Below, in pieces: positions 17,429 through 33,320 of a stretch of 64,000 nucleotides of DNA. Source of the DNA: a virus; IMG/VR virus record IMGVR_UViG_3300043015_000560, positions 16,086 to 80,085 of that record; one strand, 5' to 3'. The position numbers and the translations under genes were made by a program. The notes beneath the pieces were generated by a model. That model had not been told where the DNA came from and searched no databases. It worked only from the letters and a program-made list of their open reading frames with translations. The number at the start of each line of letters is the position of its first letter. The stretch's first letter is position 1.

Positions 17429-17833
17429 ATGGCCATAACAAATCTATCATTAAGTAAGATATATAAAGACATAGACTTCGGGTTTAAGGCAAACCCGGCA
17501 TCTGGCGACCTTTCTAAGAAAATAGATGTTAAAGCTGTGTTGCAGTCTGTTAAAACACTGATCATGCTTAACTATTACGAAAAGCCGTTTCGCCCAGAGA
17601 TTGGGACAGGAATTCGGGGGCTATTGTTTGAACCGCTGTCTCCTGTAGTCGGTGCTACATTAGAAAAAATAATTGAGCAAGTAATAGAATCATATGAGCC
17701 TAGAGCAAAAAAGATTAGAGTTATTTCAGAGCCAGATTATGATAGTAATACATACCGCATGACCTTAGAGTTTTACGTGGTTGGTATTGAAAGTCAACAA
17801 AAACTACAGGTAGAATTAAAGAGGTTAAGATAA
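17429..17833 (+). CDS. gp25: Baseplate wedge subunit gp25
   Basis: YKDIDFGF..NP...D...AVLQSVK.LI...YEKPFRPEIG.GIRGLLFE...YEPR...L.RLR. Confidence 0.93.
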   Translation: MAITNLSLSKIYKDIDFGFKANPASGDLSKKIDVKAVLQSVKTLIMLNYYEKPFRPEIGTGIRGLLFEPLSPVVGATLEKIIEQVIESYEPRAKKIRVISEPDYDSNTYRMTLEFYVVGIESQQKLQVELKRLR

Positions 17834-17836
17834 GCA

Positions 17837-19747
17837 ATGGCACAATTAAACGTAACAGAACTAGACTTTAACAATATAAAACAGAATTTAAAGGCTTATC
17901 TATCTTCCCAAGAAGAATTCTCAGACTTTAATTTTGAAGGTTCTGCTTTGAACGTCCTGATGGATACCTTAGCATATAACACGCATTACAACGGTATGTT
18001 GGCTCATATGCTTGCAAATGAAAACTTTTTAGACAGTGCCATTAAAAGATCCTCGGTTGTTTCTTTAGCCAAAGCGCTAGGCTATACTCCTGTTTCTAAA
18101 AGAGCGGCAAGTGCTAGAGTCAATATTTTACTCTACCCAGATCCTTCGTATACACCAACAGTTTACACACTAAGCAGAGACACACAATTTAGAGCAACAC
18201 TTGATGGAAAATCTTATGTATTTTATCCACAAGAAGATCGCTTAATTCCTCTAGTCAACTCAAACGGAGTAGACTTATTTTACTTTGCGGATGTTGAGAT
18301 TAAAGAGGGTAGACGACTTAGCAATAGTTTTTTAATTGATTCTAATAGTAGATCAGGACCTTTAGTGGTACCGAATGCCGACATTGATACAACAACATTG
18401 AGAGTAAGAGTACAAAACTCAGCAACAGATGTTGGCGTTAGAACGTTTGTTAAAAAGTCTGGCTTTATAGATGTTAAAGGAACTGACAATGTTTATTTCT
18501 TGGAAGAAGGCCCTACAGGGCTTTATCAATTAAGGTTCGGAGACGGTGTTATAGGACAAAAGTTATCCGAAGGCAACATTGTAATTATAGATTATCTAAA
18601 CACTTCAGGTATTAATTCTAATACCGCAAAACAATTTACTATTACAGACGTTTTGACAGGTTCTGGAGAAACACTATCAGTTCAAACAGTATCACCTGCA
18701 TCGGGCGGCGCTACAAGGGAAAGTGTTGATAGCATTAAAATTAATGCTCCACGATACAATGCTACAAAAGAAAGAGCAGTTACATCTAACGATTATGAAT
18801 CACTAATTAAGATTGAAAATCCATCAGTACAATCTGTATCTGTTTGGGGAGGAGAAGAAAACGATCCTCCTATGTACGGAAAAGTATTTGTCTCGTTGAA
18901 TCCGTTTCCTGGCAGTGTTATTACAGAAAATACCAAACAAAAAATTCTAACAGAAATTATAACTCCTAGAGCACCTATTGCTATTGAGCCAGAATTTATA
19001 GATCCAGAGTATACTTATGTTGGAGTTAAAACAGTCGCTACATATTCTGTCAAAGAAACAGCACTAACATCTGGACAGATTTCAGCTGCCGTTAATGCCG
19101 CAATACAGGGCTACTTCACAACTGAATTAAATATTCTAAATAAGAGTTTATATTATTCTAGATTGCATGAAGTAATCAAAACAGTTTCGCCATCTATTAT
19201 TTCAGTGGCTCTCAACCTAACTATACAAAAAAGAATCTCTTTAGTAGATTTAAATGCAGTTGGAACATTGTTCTCAAACTTCAATGAAAAAATTCAACCC
19301 AGAACTTTACACACTACTTGGTTTAATGCTGTTGTTAATACACAAACATACAAGTGCAAAATTATTGACTTGCCAGAAGCAACCGTAGTATCACCTAACC
19401 ACAATGGCTTTGGTAAACTTTGGTTACAATCTGATACAGGTAAAAATATTGCAGAGATTGGAACTATTAATTACGACACTGGTAAACTTACTATTTTAAA
19501 ACTTCAAGTGTCCTCTTTATATGGCACTGAGACACATTTACGTCTCACAGTAGACCCACATAATACGACTAAGGATATTACAACAGATATCTTAACTAGA
19601 ACATCAGAAATAAAAGAGTCTGCTGTTGTAGCGAAGCCATCGAAAAATACAATTATAACTCTCAATCAAACAGTGGGAGATATCATAACTGGAGCAAGAT
19701 CTTCATTCATAATTGAAGCAAAACCAAGAGTAAAAGAGACACTGTAA
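17837..19747 (+). CDS. gp6: Baseplate wedge subunit gp6
   Basis: ELDFNNIK..LK.YL...DFNFEGSALNVLMDTLAYNTHY...FGDGVIG...RAVT..DY...WGGEENDPPMYGKVF. Confidence 0.95.
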   Translation: MAQLNVTELDFNNIKQNLKAYLSSQEEFSDFNFEGSALNVLMDTLAYNTHYNGMLAHMLANENFLDSAIKRSSVVSLAKALGYTPVSKRAASARVNILLYPDPSYTPTVYTLSRDTQFRATLDGKSYVFYPQEDRLIPLVNSNGVDLFYFADVEIKEGRRLSNSFLIDSNSRSGPLVVPNADIDTTTLRVRVQNSATDVGVRTFVKKSGFIDVKGTDNVYFLEEGPTGLYQLRFGDGVIGQKLSEGNIVIIDYLNTSGINSNTAKQFTITDVLTGSGETLSVQTVSPASGGATRESVDSIKINAPRYNATKERAVTSNDYESLIKIENPSVQSVSVWGGEENDPPMYGKVFVSLNPFPGSVITENTKQKILTEIITPRAPIAIEPEFIDPEYTYVGVKTVATYSVKETALTSGQISAAVNAAIQGYFTTELNILNKSLYYSRLHEVIKTVSPSIISVALNLTIQKRISLVDLNAVGTLFSNFNEKIQPRTLHTTWFNAVVNTQTYKCKIIDLPEATVVSPNHNGFGKLWLQSDTGKNIAEIGTINYDTGKLTILKLQVSSLYGTETHLRLTVDPHNTTKDITTDILTRTSEIKESAVVAKPSKNTIITLNQTVGDIITGARSSFIIEAKPRVKETL

Positions 19748-22297
19748 ATGTCAAATATAATACCAAGTTATTATAGATATATTTCAGGATTAGTAATTAC
19801 TAATGCGGGATCTGGGTTTACCTCGGTTCCTGATATCGTAATTTCTGGTGGCGGTGGTACTGGCGGTGCCGCGGTTGCCGAAATCTTTAATGGTAGAATT
19901 ATAGGCGTAACACTTACCAATATTGGTACTGGTTATACTACATCTCCTAATGTTGCCGTAGTGGGCGGCGGTGGAAGTGGTGCAGTTATTACTGCTAACG
20001 TATCCTTTGCCTCAGGTGTGGGTGAGATAGCTAATGTAAAAGCTAGTTCTCTTATAGACAAAGATCTTCCAGAGTTTGTTAGACAAGACCACCCAGAATT
20101 CACAAATTTTATTAAGAAATATGTTGCTTGGATGGACCAAGAAGGCAATCCAAATAATATACTTCTAAACAAAAAGTATAATGATATAGATTCTGCTACA
20201 GAAGCAGAGCTGCTAAAGTGGCAAAATCAATTAGGCAGGGACTTGCCTAACAGTTTAGCAGTAGATAAAAAGACCCTACTAAAAAGATTAAAAGATCTTT
20301 ATGAGACAAAAGGATCTAGAAGATCCATAGAACTATTCTTCAGATTATTGTTTGACGAAGAAGTTACTGTTTACTACCCACAGGAAGAACTATTAAGAGC
20401 ATCTGACGGCAGATGGGTTGAAGATAAGGCGATTCGTGTATCTGGTATTGCAGGACAGGCTGACTTACTAACATACCAAGGCAAGTTAATTGACATTCAT
20501 GTCTTTAAGACTGTTGGTACACTTACAACATCAAAGATCATTGAAGCCACTGTAACACAGGTTGAAAAAATTGCCTACTCTAAACCCACAACTTATGAGT
20601 TCATAGTTCAATTACCAGCCGGCACAACGAATATAGACGGACCGGGTGCAGACGCCTCATTAAATATAAATGTAACTGCTGGAGTAATTACATCTGTAGA
20701 CGTATTGATAGCAGGATCTGGATATAATGCAGCGCCAGTACTGGAAATATATGACAGCGCAGGCACAGGAGCAGATTTAAGAGTAATTGTTGAAGACGGA
20801 AAAATTGCTAGCGTAACTGTTGCCGACGGTGGTTCTGGTTATGTTGCCCCCGAATATATTTTAAATTATGATAGCATTCAAACTTATGTCACTTTAAGAG
20901 GCGAAACAGTACCTGAAGGATATTTAATTAGAACACTGAACAGTGTTACTACTGTCACTCCTTACACTGGAGACAATCTTAATTTACGAGTTGGTAATAT
21001 TTTTGAGATTAATGAATCAGGAGACGACGGCAGAGGATATGCCCTAGATTATTTTGCAGAAGAATACACATATATCGGCGGCGACAACGGCGCTTATATT
21101 AGAGTAGAACGAGTAGACACAACCGGAATGCCAACATTGTGGTCAATCGTACAATCTGGTTCTGGCTTCTTAGGAGCAGATACAACTTTGCCCATTACAA
21201 CACCAAGTGGGTTAAATTTTAATATCAAATTAATTACAGGGTACTTATATTCTTATCCTGGTAAATACTTAAATGATAGAGGCAAACTATCGGACGTAAA
21301 CAGACTACAAGATAATAGAAAATATCAAAAGTATTCTTACGTTGTTAAAACCGGAATTCCACAAAGCCGATGGAACAAGTCTATAAGAGAATTGGTACAC
21401 CCCGCGGGTATGGAAGTTTTCGGCGATCTAATTATTAAACACAATATAGATTTTGGCGCAAACTTATCTATAGTAACAGACGGTGTTATCTTCAGTAAGT
21501 TCTTTGCAACTGATGATGTTAATGCTTCTGTTATTGTAGTTAGGCTACATATTTACAAAAACTTCTCAGAGGCATTAAATGTTTCTGAAAGTGTAAGTAA
21601 GACTTTCGGAATTAATAAACAAGACACCACCACACAAGGTGAGTCGGTACTTCAACTATTTGAAACAAGTAAATCTGATACAGCAAATGTGTCTCAGATA
21701 TTTGATAGAGTGGTGGATTATAATAGAGAATTTCAGGAGGCACAAAATGCCACTGATATATTCGAATCATTAATTTCGTACAATAGGACGTTTACTGAAA
21801 ATCAGTCAACTTCCGAATTAATTGCTAAGGTACTAGGCAAAGCAGAATCAGAAACAGTAGCACTTTCAGAAGATACTGTTTATGATATGCAGAAAGGTAT
21901 ACAAGAGAGTCTCACAGCAGTGGGCTCATTTGGTTTAGAATTTAATCAAGGCACTATTACAGACTCTGTAACGGCTACATCATTGCCCGCAATTACGGCA
22001 GGTATTGTACCACACGAAGAGGAGGCTCAGACGTTTGAAGAATTGCATATTCTAACAAACAGTTATGCTGCCCAAGATTATTTCCTGGAAGATTACGTAG
22101 GGAGTATTATTTCCTATATAAATAAACACAAGAAACTAGTGTTAACGGCGTCTGCTATAGATAGCGTTGCACTTAATACAACAACAACTTTAACCCCAGA
22201 TTCCACTAGTAGCTCAGACTCTGGAATATTAAACTTACAGGATTACGCAGGAGATGTATTCGGCGGAGATTATGTAGGTAGTGGATATGGAATTTAA
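19748..22297 (+). CDS. gp7: Baseplate wedge initiator gp7-like
   Basis: LPEFVRQDHPEF..F...YETKGS..SIELFFRLLF...LRASDGRW; LQDNRKYQKYSYVVKT...LVHPAGM..FG. Confidence 0.8.
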   Translation: MSNIIPSYYRYISGLVITNAGSGFTSVPDIVISGGGGTGGAAVAEIFNGRIIGVTLTNIGTGYTTSPNVAVVGGGGSGAVITANVSFASGVGEIANVKASSLIDKDLPEFVRQDHPEFTNFIKKYVAWMDQEGNPNNILLNKKYNDIDSATEAELLKWQNQLGRDLPNSLAVDKKTLLKRLKDLYETKGSRRSIELFFRLLFDEEVTVYYPQEELLRASDGRWVEDKAIRVSGIAGQADLLTYQGKLIDIHVFKTVGTLTTSKIIEATVTQVEKIAYSKPTTYEFIVQLPAGTTNIDGPGADASLNINVTAGVITSVDVLIAGSGYNAAPVLEIYDSAGTGADLRVIVEDGKIASVTVADGGSGYVAPEYILNYDSIQTYVTLRGETVPEGYLIRTLNSVTTVTPYTGDNLNLRVGNIFEINESGDDGRGYALDYFAEEYTYIGGDNGAYIRVERVDTTGMPTLWSIVQSGSGFLGADTTLPITTPSGLNFNIKLITGYLYSYPGKYLNDRGKLSDVNRLQDNRKYQKYSYVVKTGIPQSRWNKSIRELVHPAGMEVFGDLIIKHNIDFGANLSIVTDGVIFSKFFATDDVNASVIVVRLHIYKNFSEALNVSESVSKTFGINKQDTTTQGESVLQLFETSKSDTANVSQIFDRVVDYNREFQEAQNATDIFESLISYNRTFTENQSTSELIAKVLGKAESETVALSEDTVYDMQKGIQESLTAVGSFGLEFNQGTITDSVTATSLPAITAGIVPHEEEAQTFEELHILTNSYAAQDYFLEDYVGSIISYINKHKKLVLTASAIDSVALNTTTTLTPDSTSSSDSGILNLQDYAGDVFGGDYVGSGYGI
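22117..22124 (+). promoter_or_regulatory. T4 late promoter (internal)
   Basis: TATAAATA about 190 nt upstream of ORF 22315. Confidence 0.6.
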
Positions 22298-22314
22298 ACA
22301 AATGGAGAATAACA

Positions 22315-22755
22315 ATGTTTAATAAAGATAGCCTTAAGGCTAAAGGTAAAGTCCATGTAGTCGTTAAAGACGCTCAAGGTTTAGTAAAAGAAGAATTTAC
22401 TACTAACAACCTAGTCGTTGACGCAGGTTTAGATTTTATTGCATCAAGAATGAATTCTACACCTGGAGCGATGTCACACATGGCAATTGGTTCAGACGAT
22501 ACAGCAGCAACTTCAGTCGATACCCAGCTGGGTAACGAACTGGCAAGAGTAGCTCTAACTTCTGATACTGTTACAAATAACTCTATTGAGTTTGTAGCAT
22601 CATTTGCTGCAGGTACAGGTACAGGAGCAATTACAGAAGCAGGCGTTCTTAACGGCGCATCTGGCGGCACTATGCTTTGCCGTACAGTGTTTTCTGTAGT
22701 TAACAAAGGCGCTCAAGATACTATGACAGTAACTTGGACCGTAACTATTTCTTAA
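22315..22755 (+). CDS. Virion structural protein (tail/baseplate associated)
   Basis: NLVVDAG..FIASRM...MSHMAIG...TGAITEAG...MLCRTVFSVVNKGAQD..VTWTVTIS pattern. Confidence 0.75.
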   Translation: MFNKDSLKAKGKVHVVVKDAQGLVKEEFTTNNLVVDAGLDFIASRMNSTPGAMSHMAIGSDDTAATSVDTQLGNELARVALTSDTVTNNSIEFVASFAAGTGTGAITEAGVLNGASGGTMLCRTVFSVVNKGAQDTMTVTWTVTIS

Positions 22756-22772
22756 TAGAATAGGAAAATATA

Positions 22773-24383
22773 GTGGCAGTATTACTACGACAAATTGGAA
22801 GAGCAGAGTTAGCAAGATCCTATTATAGAGATATAATTAATGGATATGATATCTTTAACTTTGCGGTAGGTAAAACTACACCTTGGGCTGATGAAGAATC
22901 GCCTGAGCTTCCAATTGACTCAGATTTATATGTGAACAATTTCAAAAATGAAACATTGTTTCTACAAAAAATAAATCCAGCAGATATCTGTCTACTAGCA
23001 AGAAGAATTGACTGGACTAGTGGGACTGTTTATGACACTTACGACATAAACTACTCCCCTAGTTCATTGTCATATTCAGGTGCGTCTACGTTACATGAAG
23101 CGAACTTTTATGTAATGACAGACGAATATAAAGTGTACAAGTGTCTTGGCAACAATTATAATGCTCCAAGCACAATAAAGCCTAATAGTATTAGTTCTTC
23201 AGTACACGAAACTTCCGACGGGTATGTATGGAAATTTTTATTCCAAATTGCATCCTCGGACAGGACAAGATTTTTAGACTCCGAACATATACCAGTTAGA
23301 AAACTAACAGGAGCCCCAGAGTTCGACGTCAACGGTGAATTAGATTTAATCACCGTAACAGCGCCAGGTAGCGGGTATACCTCAGCACCGGCAGCTGTTA
23401 TAACAGGAGATGGTATTGGGGCAACCGCAGAAGTTACCGTAGTAGCAGGAGAAGTTACGGCTATTAATATTACAAATGCCGGCTCAGGTTACACCTTTGC
23501 ATTCATCTCATTAGTGGGCGGCGGTGGAACTGGCGCAACAGCATCGGTATCACTCGGTGACGTTGATGCTCTCCCTTCACTCCAAACAAACGTAGAAGGT
23601 TCTGCAGTTTCTGGAACGTTGGACAGAATTGATATTGTTACAACAGGACAGGATTATATTGCCGGCGATGCTAAATGTGTGGTTGAAGGCGACGGATCTG
23701 GAGCAGAATGTACAATATTTGTAGCCCCAGGAACAGGAGCTATATTAGGAGTAGAGATTACAAATCCAGGATCTGGATATACATGGGTTAACGTTACAAT
23801 TGTTAATACCGACCCTGCAGCCACTGGCTCGGGAGCAACGGCTCGTGGTGTTATATCTCCTCAGGGCGGACACGGATCACACCCACCCAAAGAATTGTTT
23901 GCTACTACTCTCGGTATTACTATATCCCTTGCTGATAATAGTAACGAAGATTTGATAAAAGGAAACGATTTTAGACAAGTTGGACTAATTAAGAATGTCC
24001 AAAATTATTCAGACAGTAACATATATAATAACCTCACAGGAACAGCAAGTTTTATAGTTAATGTAGATCTAGCTGATGCTTCAAAATATGTTGAAGACGA
24101 TATCATTCAAAGTAATGATAAAGGTAGATTTAGAGTAATTACCTCAGTCGCAAATAGCGATGGATTAACTCAAGACGTATACTTACAAGGAATTGTTCCG
24201 TATATTACGGTAGCTAGTATATTAGAAAATACCACTCAAGGGGAGACTGGAATGACTATAAATAGTATTACAGCTCCCGAGGTTAATATGAAAACCGGAA
24301 CTCTAGTGTATATAGAAAACAGGCCTGCTATTACAAGATCTACAGATCAGGTTGAAACTATTAAAGCTATAATTAATTTTTAG
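22773..24383 (+). CDS. gp8: Baseplate wedge subunit gp8
   Basis: RRIDWTSGTVYD.Y...FYVMTDEYKVYKCL.NN...DGYVWKFL...GGHG......EL...NDFRQVGLIKN...YIENR..ITRS.DQ.E.IK.IINF. Confidence 0.9.
   Translation: MAVLLRQIGRAELARSYYRDIINGYDIFNFAVGKTTPWADEESPELPIDSDLYVNNFKNETLFLQKINPADICLLARRIDWTSGTVYDTYDINYSPSSLSYSGASTLHEANFYVMTDEYKVYKCLGNNYNAPSTIKPNSISSSVHETSDGYVWKFLFQIASSDRTRFLDSEHIPVRKLTGAPEFDVNGELDLITVTAPGSGYTSAPAAVITGDGIGATAEVTVVAGEVTAINITNAGSGYTFAFISLVGGGGTGATASVSLGDVDALPSLQTNVEGSAVSGTLDRIDIVTTGQDYIAGDAKCVVEGDGSGAECTIFVAPGTGAILGVEITNPGSGYTWVNVTIVNTDPAATGSGATARGVISPQGGHGSHPPKELFATTLGITISLADNSNEDLIKGNDFRQVGLIKNVQNYSDSNIYNNLTGTASFIVNVDLADASKYVEDDIIQSNDKGRFRVITSVANSDGLTQDVYLQGIVPYITVASILENTTQGETGMTINSITAPEVNMKTGTLVYIENRPAITRSTDQVETIKAIINF
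24257..24264 (+). promoter_or_regulatory. T4 late promoter
   Basis: TATAAATA upstream of ORF 24393. Confidence 0.65.
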
Positions 24384-24392
24384 GAAAAATAA

Positions 24393-30596
<6,204 letters not shown>

Positions 30597-30600
30597 AATT

Positions 30601-30843
30601 ATGAAGACTATAAATACTACATTAATAAGCCTAGACGATTCCGCAGAGTTAAAGAGAGACCCTCACTCTAAGGCATTGTTAAGCACTAGTATTAACAAGC
30701 TCGAAGCGTATCGAGAGAAAAAGAGAGTTAATTTACAACAGAAAATGCGTATAGATCAATGCGTAGATGATATAAATACTCTTAAACAAGAGATGACAGA
30801 TATTAAAGTAATGTTAACTCAAATTATTAATAAAATTAATTAG
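30601..30843 (+). CDS. Small coiled-coil hypothetical protein
   Basis: LKRDPHSKALL...DINTLKQEMTDIKVML typical of the gene following VrlC-like genes; contains TATAAATA at 30609 and 30771. Confidence 0.7.
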   Translation: MKTINTTLISLDDSAELKRDPHSKALLSTSINKLEAYREKKRVNLQQKMRIDQCVDDINTLKQEMTDIKVMLTQIINKIN

Positions 30844-30854
30844 AAGGTAAAGAC

Positions 30855-31355
30855 ATGGCAACAATTACATTAAGATCAGTTAAGGGTAGTCCTTTAACTA
30901 ATAATGAAGTCGATACAAACTTTACCAACCTAAATACTGACAAATACCAATCCGGGGACTCAATCGTAGCCGCTGATTTAACAGCATCCGGAGATTTTTC
31001 AGTAACCGGTGAGACTAAGCTTGGTACTACTTCGGGTGTTACAGCAGCAGGAACAACACAAGGTGACGCAACAGCGTTAACAAAAACCTTCCACGTTGTA
31101 ACTAATGCGACGGCAGCACAAGGTGTCAAACTACCAGCAGCAGAAACCGGTAAGGTTGTTACAGTATTAAACGACACTTTGGTAAGTATTAAACTATGGC
31201 CTGAATCGGGCGATCAAATAGACGGTGGTAGCGTAGACGCAGCTAGAGATCTAGGTCCTGGCATGACTCTGAGGCTTGTAGCGATCTCAGGCGTTAAATG
31301 GAATTCGCTTTCAGATACACTAATTTTTAACAGCTCAGGCACGAGGATTAATTAA
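30855..31355 (+). CDS. Short fibre/adaptor protein
   Basis: N-terminal ITLRSVKGSPLTNNEVDTNFTNLN fibre-anchor motif; C-terminal IFNSSGTRIN. Confidence 0.7.
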   Translation: MATITLRSVKGSPLTNNEVDTNFTNLNTDKYQSGDSIVAADLTASGDFSVTGETKLGTTSGVTAAGTTQGDATALTKTFHVVTNATAAQGVKLPAAETGKVVTVLNDTLVSIKLWPESGDQIDGGSVDAARDLGPGMTLRLVAISGVKWNSLSDTLIFNSSGTRIN

Positions 31356-31357
31356 GA

Positions 31358-32749
31358 ATGAGACCTTTACGAATCAAAGCATCAGGCACTCCTATAACAG
31401 GTGCAAATTACCAGGGCTTACAAGAGATGAGCGATGGTGAAATTAATCAATATCTCTCAAATGTTATTACACAAAAGTTTGCCGATGACTCTGATGGTAC
31501 AGGCACAGCTGAGTTAAACATTAACGGATCGGGTACTGGCATTGGTACATTCGTTGATACACAAAGAAACGATGCAATTGGCGCTCACCCTTCAGGTGGA
31601 GCTACCACAACTACTAATTACGCATTTAACCAAGTAACAACAGCAGCAACCGAAAGTATTACTGATAGAGTAGTTGGTTGGGATAACGCAATCAAACAAA
31701 TGACTGACGGCGACTTAGATACTGACGTTTTAGATAAAGCGATTGATAGTATGGTTACCGAATCAGATTACACCGTTGGACAGTATTCACTTAGACCTAC
31801 TGCTCCTACAGGCGGCACGTGGACATCTAGATATACAATTACAGACACCGCACAAGGCGGCAACTCCACAACTTACTTGTGGCAAAAGACTGCACCTACA
31901 TCTAGCCCCAACTCAGATTTAGCAGCACTTAAAACTGACGGATCTTCTGTTAGAATGATGAGCGATGCAGAAATGGAACAGATGGTTCCTAGTTTTAGAA
32001 ATAGAATCATAGATACAAATATCGGAACATACAAGGTACAACAATCTGCTCCTTCATCTGGTGGTACTTGGGTACAGATGGGAGATTCCTTTAGTAACAC
32101 TCAACAGGAAATAGAATCTGAAAACTATGTAGGGAACTACACAGGATCTTACACCGGGGCTTATAACCAGGCGTTCTCAGGAACATATGCAGGTAACTAC
32201 ACGGGCGCCAAAACATACACCGGTAACTATTCTGGAACATATGCAGGTAACTACGTGGGTGGTTATGTGGGCGCCAAAACATACAGTGGAAGCTACTCAG
32301 GTAACTACGCAGGATCGTATCAAGGTAACTATGCAGGAACTTCAGCATATGCTGGAAACTATTCTGGATCGTATCAAGGTAACTATGTTCTATATTACGC
32401 AGGTTATGCACACGCTACATATACAGGATACTATTCTGGAACGTATACGGGTTACTACACAGGACCTAAGACATACACCGGGTACTACACTGGAACGTAT
32501 ACTGGTTACTACACAGGTAACTATGTAGGAACTTCAGCATATTCCGGAACCTATACAGGTTACTATGATGGAACCTATACAGGTAACTATGTAGGAACTT
32601 CAGCATATACAGGTTACTACACCGGCTCATATACTGGGTATTTCTCAGGATCGTATTCAGGCACATATGCCGGAACATACGCAGGCGACACTATTCAAGC
32701 GAGTAAAGAAACACTTTCAACCATTGCACTTTGGTTGAGAACTGCTTAA
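31358..32749 (+). CDS. Putative fibre-tip/receptor-binding protein with Tyr-x-Gly-x repeat insertion
   Basis: Three related modules (LQEMSD/IKQMTD/VRMMSD starts); 187-aa YxGx array inserted in the third. Confidence 0.75.
   Translation: MRPLRIKASGTPITGANYQGLQEMSDGEINQYLSNVITQKFADDSDGTGTAELNINGSGTGIGTFVDTQRNDAIGAHPSGGATTTTNYAFNQVTTAATESITDRVVGWDNAIKQMTDGDLDTDVLDKAIDSMVTESDYTVGQYSLRPTAPTGGTWTSRYTITDTAQGGNSTTYLWQKTAPTSSPNSDLAALKTDGSSVRMMSDAEMEQMVPSFRNRIIDTNIGTYKVQQSAPSSGGTWVQMGDSFSNTQQEIESENYVGNYTGSYTGAYNQAFSGTYAGNYTGAKTYTGNYSGTYAGNYVGGYVGAKTYSGSYSGNYAGSYQGNYAGTSAYAGNYSGSYQGNYVLYYAGYAHATYTGYYSGTYTGYYTGPKTYTGYYTGTYTGYYTGNYVGTSAYSGTYTGYYDGTYTGNYVGTSAYTGYYTGSYTGYFSGSYSGTYAGTYAGDTIQASKETLSTIALWLRTA
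32126..32686 (+). repeat. YxGx tetrapeptide repeat array with 22-residue super-period
   Basis: About 42 Y/F-x-G units broken by AKT, AKT, TSA, YAHAT, PKT, TSA, TSA. Confidence 0.95.
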
Positions 32750-32756
32750 ATAGGAC

Positions 32757-32788
32757 TTGACAAGGCATTATATATAAGTTATAATGCC
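32757..32788 (+). promoter_or_regulatory. Sigma70-type promoter overlapped by a 9-bp inverted repeat
   Basis: TTGACA-N17-TATAAT; GGCATTATA-N7-TATAATGCC. Confidence 0.8.
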
Positions 32789-32816
32789 GTTATACATTTT
32801 AATTATGGAGTAAATT

Positions 32817-33311
32817 ATGGCGAGAAGTAAAAAGAAGTTTGATGTCAAAGATGTCAAAGTTGAACTAATCGATCCTAAAAAAGCAAAAAAAGAACCTACC
32901 AAATTTGAATTTCCGTATTGGTCCAATAAGGAAGCAAAGCATCTTATTGCTACTATTGTTATGCCAGATGGCAGACGTAGCCTCGCTTCTATTATGGATA
33001 AGGATGGAACGAATCCCGACTATCTAGCAATACTAGAACAATTCACCGAAGAACAAATTGACGAAAATACCGCAGAGGGTCTAAAGCGCAGAAACGAAAA
33101 TGTGCGTAGACAAATGGAAAGGCGAGAAGCCGAAGCAGCAAGAGCACAACAAGAATCACTGTTTGCATCAAAGTTGGAAGCATTTGAAATACCTCTTATT
33201 AAAAACTCTACCAACGTCGAGTTTAAAAAACTAATTCGAAAGTCCAAATCTCCTATGGAGGTAGCAGCATACGCTACGATATTGTTACAAAAAGAATTAG
33301 AATCCGAATAG
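32817..33311 (+). CDS. Hypothetical protein (charged, coiled-coil)
   Basis: 164-aa ORF with GGAG SD; first gene of the modification island. Confidence 0.75.
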   Translation: MARSKKKFDVKDVKVELIDPKKAKKEPTKFEFPYWSNKEAKHLIATIVMPDGRRSLASIMDKDGTNPDYLAILEQFTEEQIDENTAEGLKRRNENVRRQMERREAEAARAQQESLFASKLEAFEIPLIKNSTNVEFKKLIRKSKSPMEVAAYATILLQKELESE

Positions 33312-33320
33312 GAATATATT

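Noticed and set aside
32126-32686. YxG array as a CRISPR array or as a diversity-generating retroelement VR/TR pair
   Set aside because: Repeats are in-frame, codon-degenerate and lack unique spacers; no reverse transcriptase and no adenine-only-mismatched non-coding template copy is seen in the window
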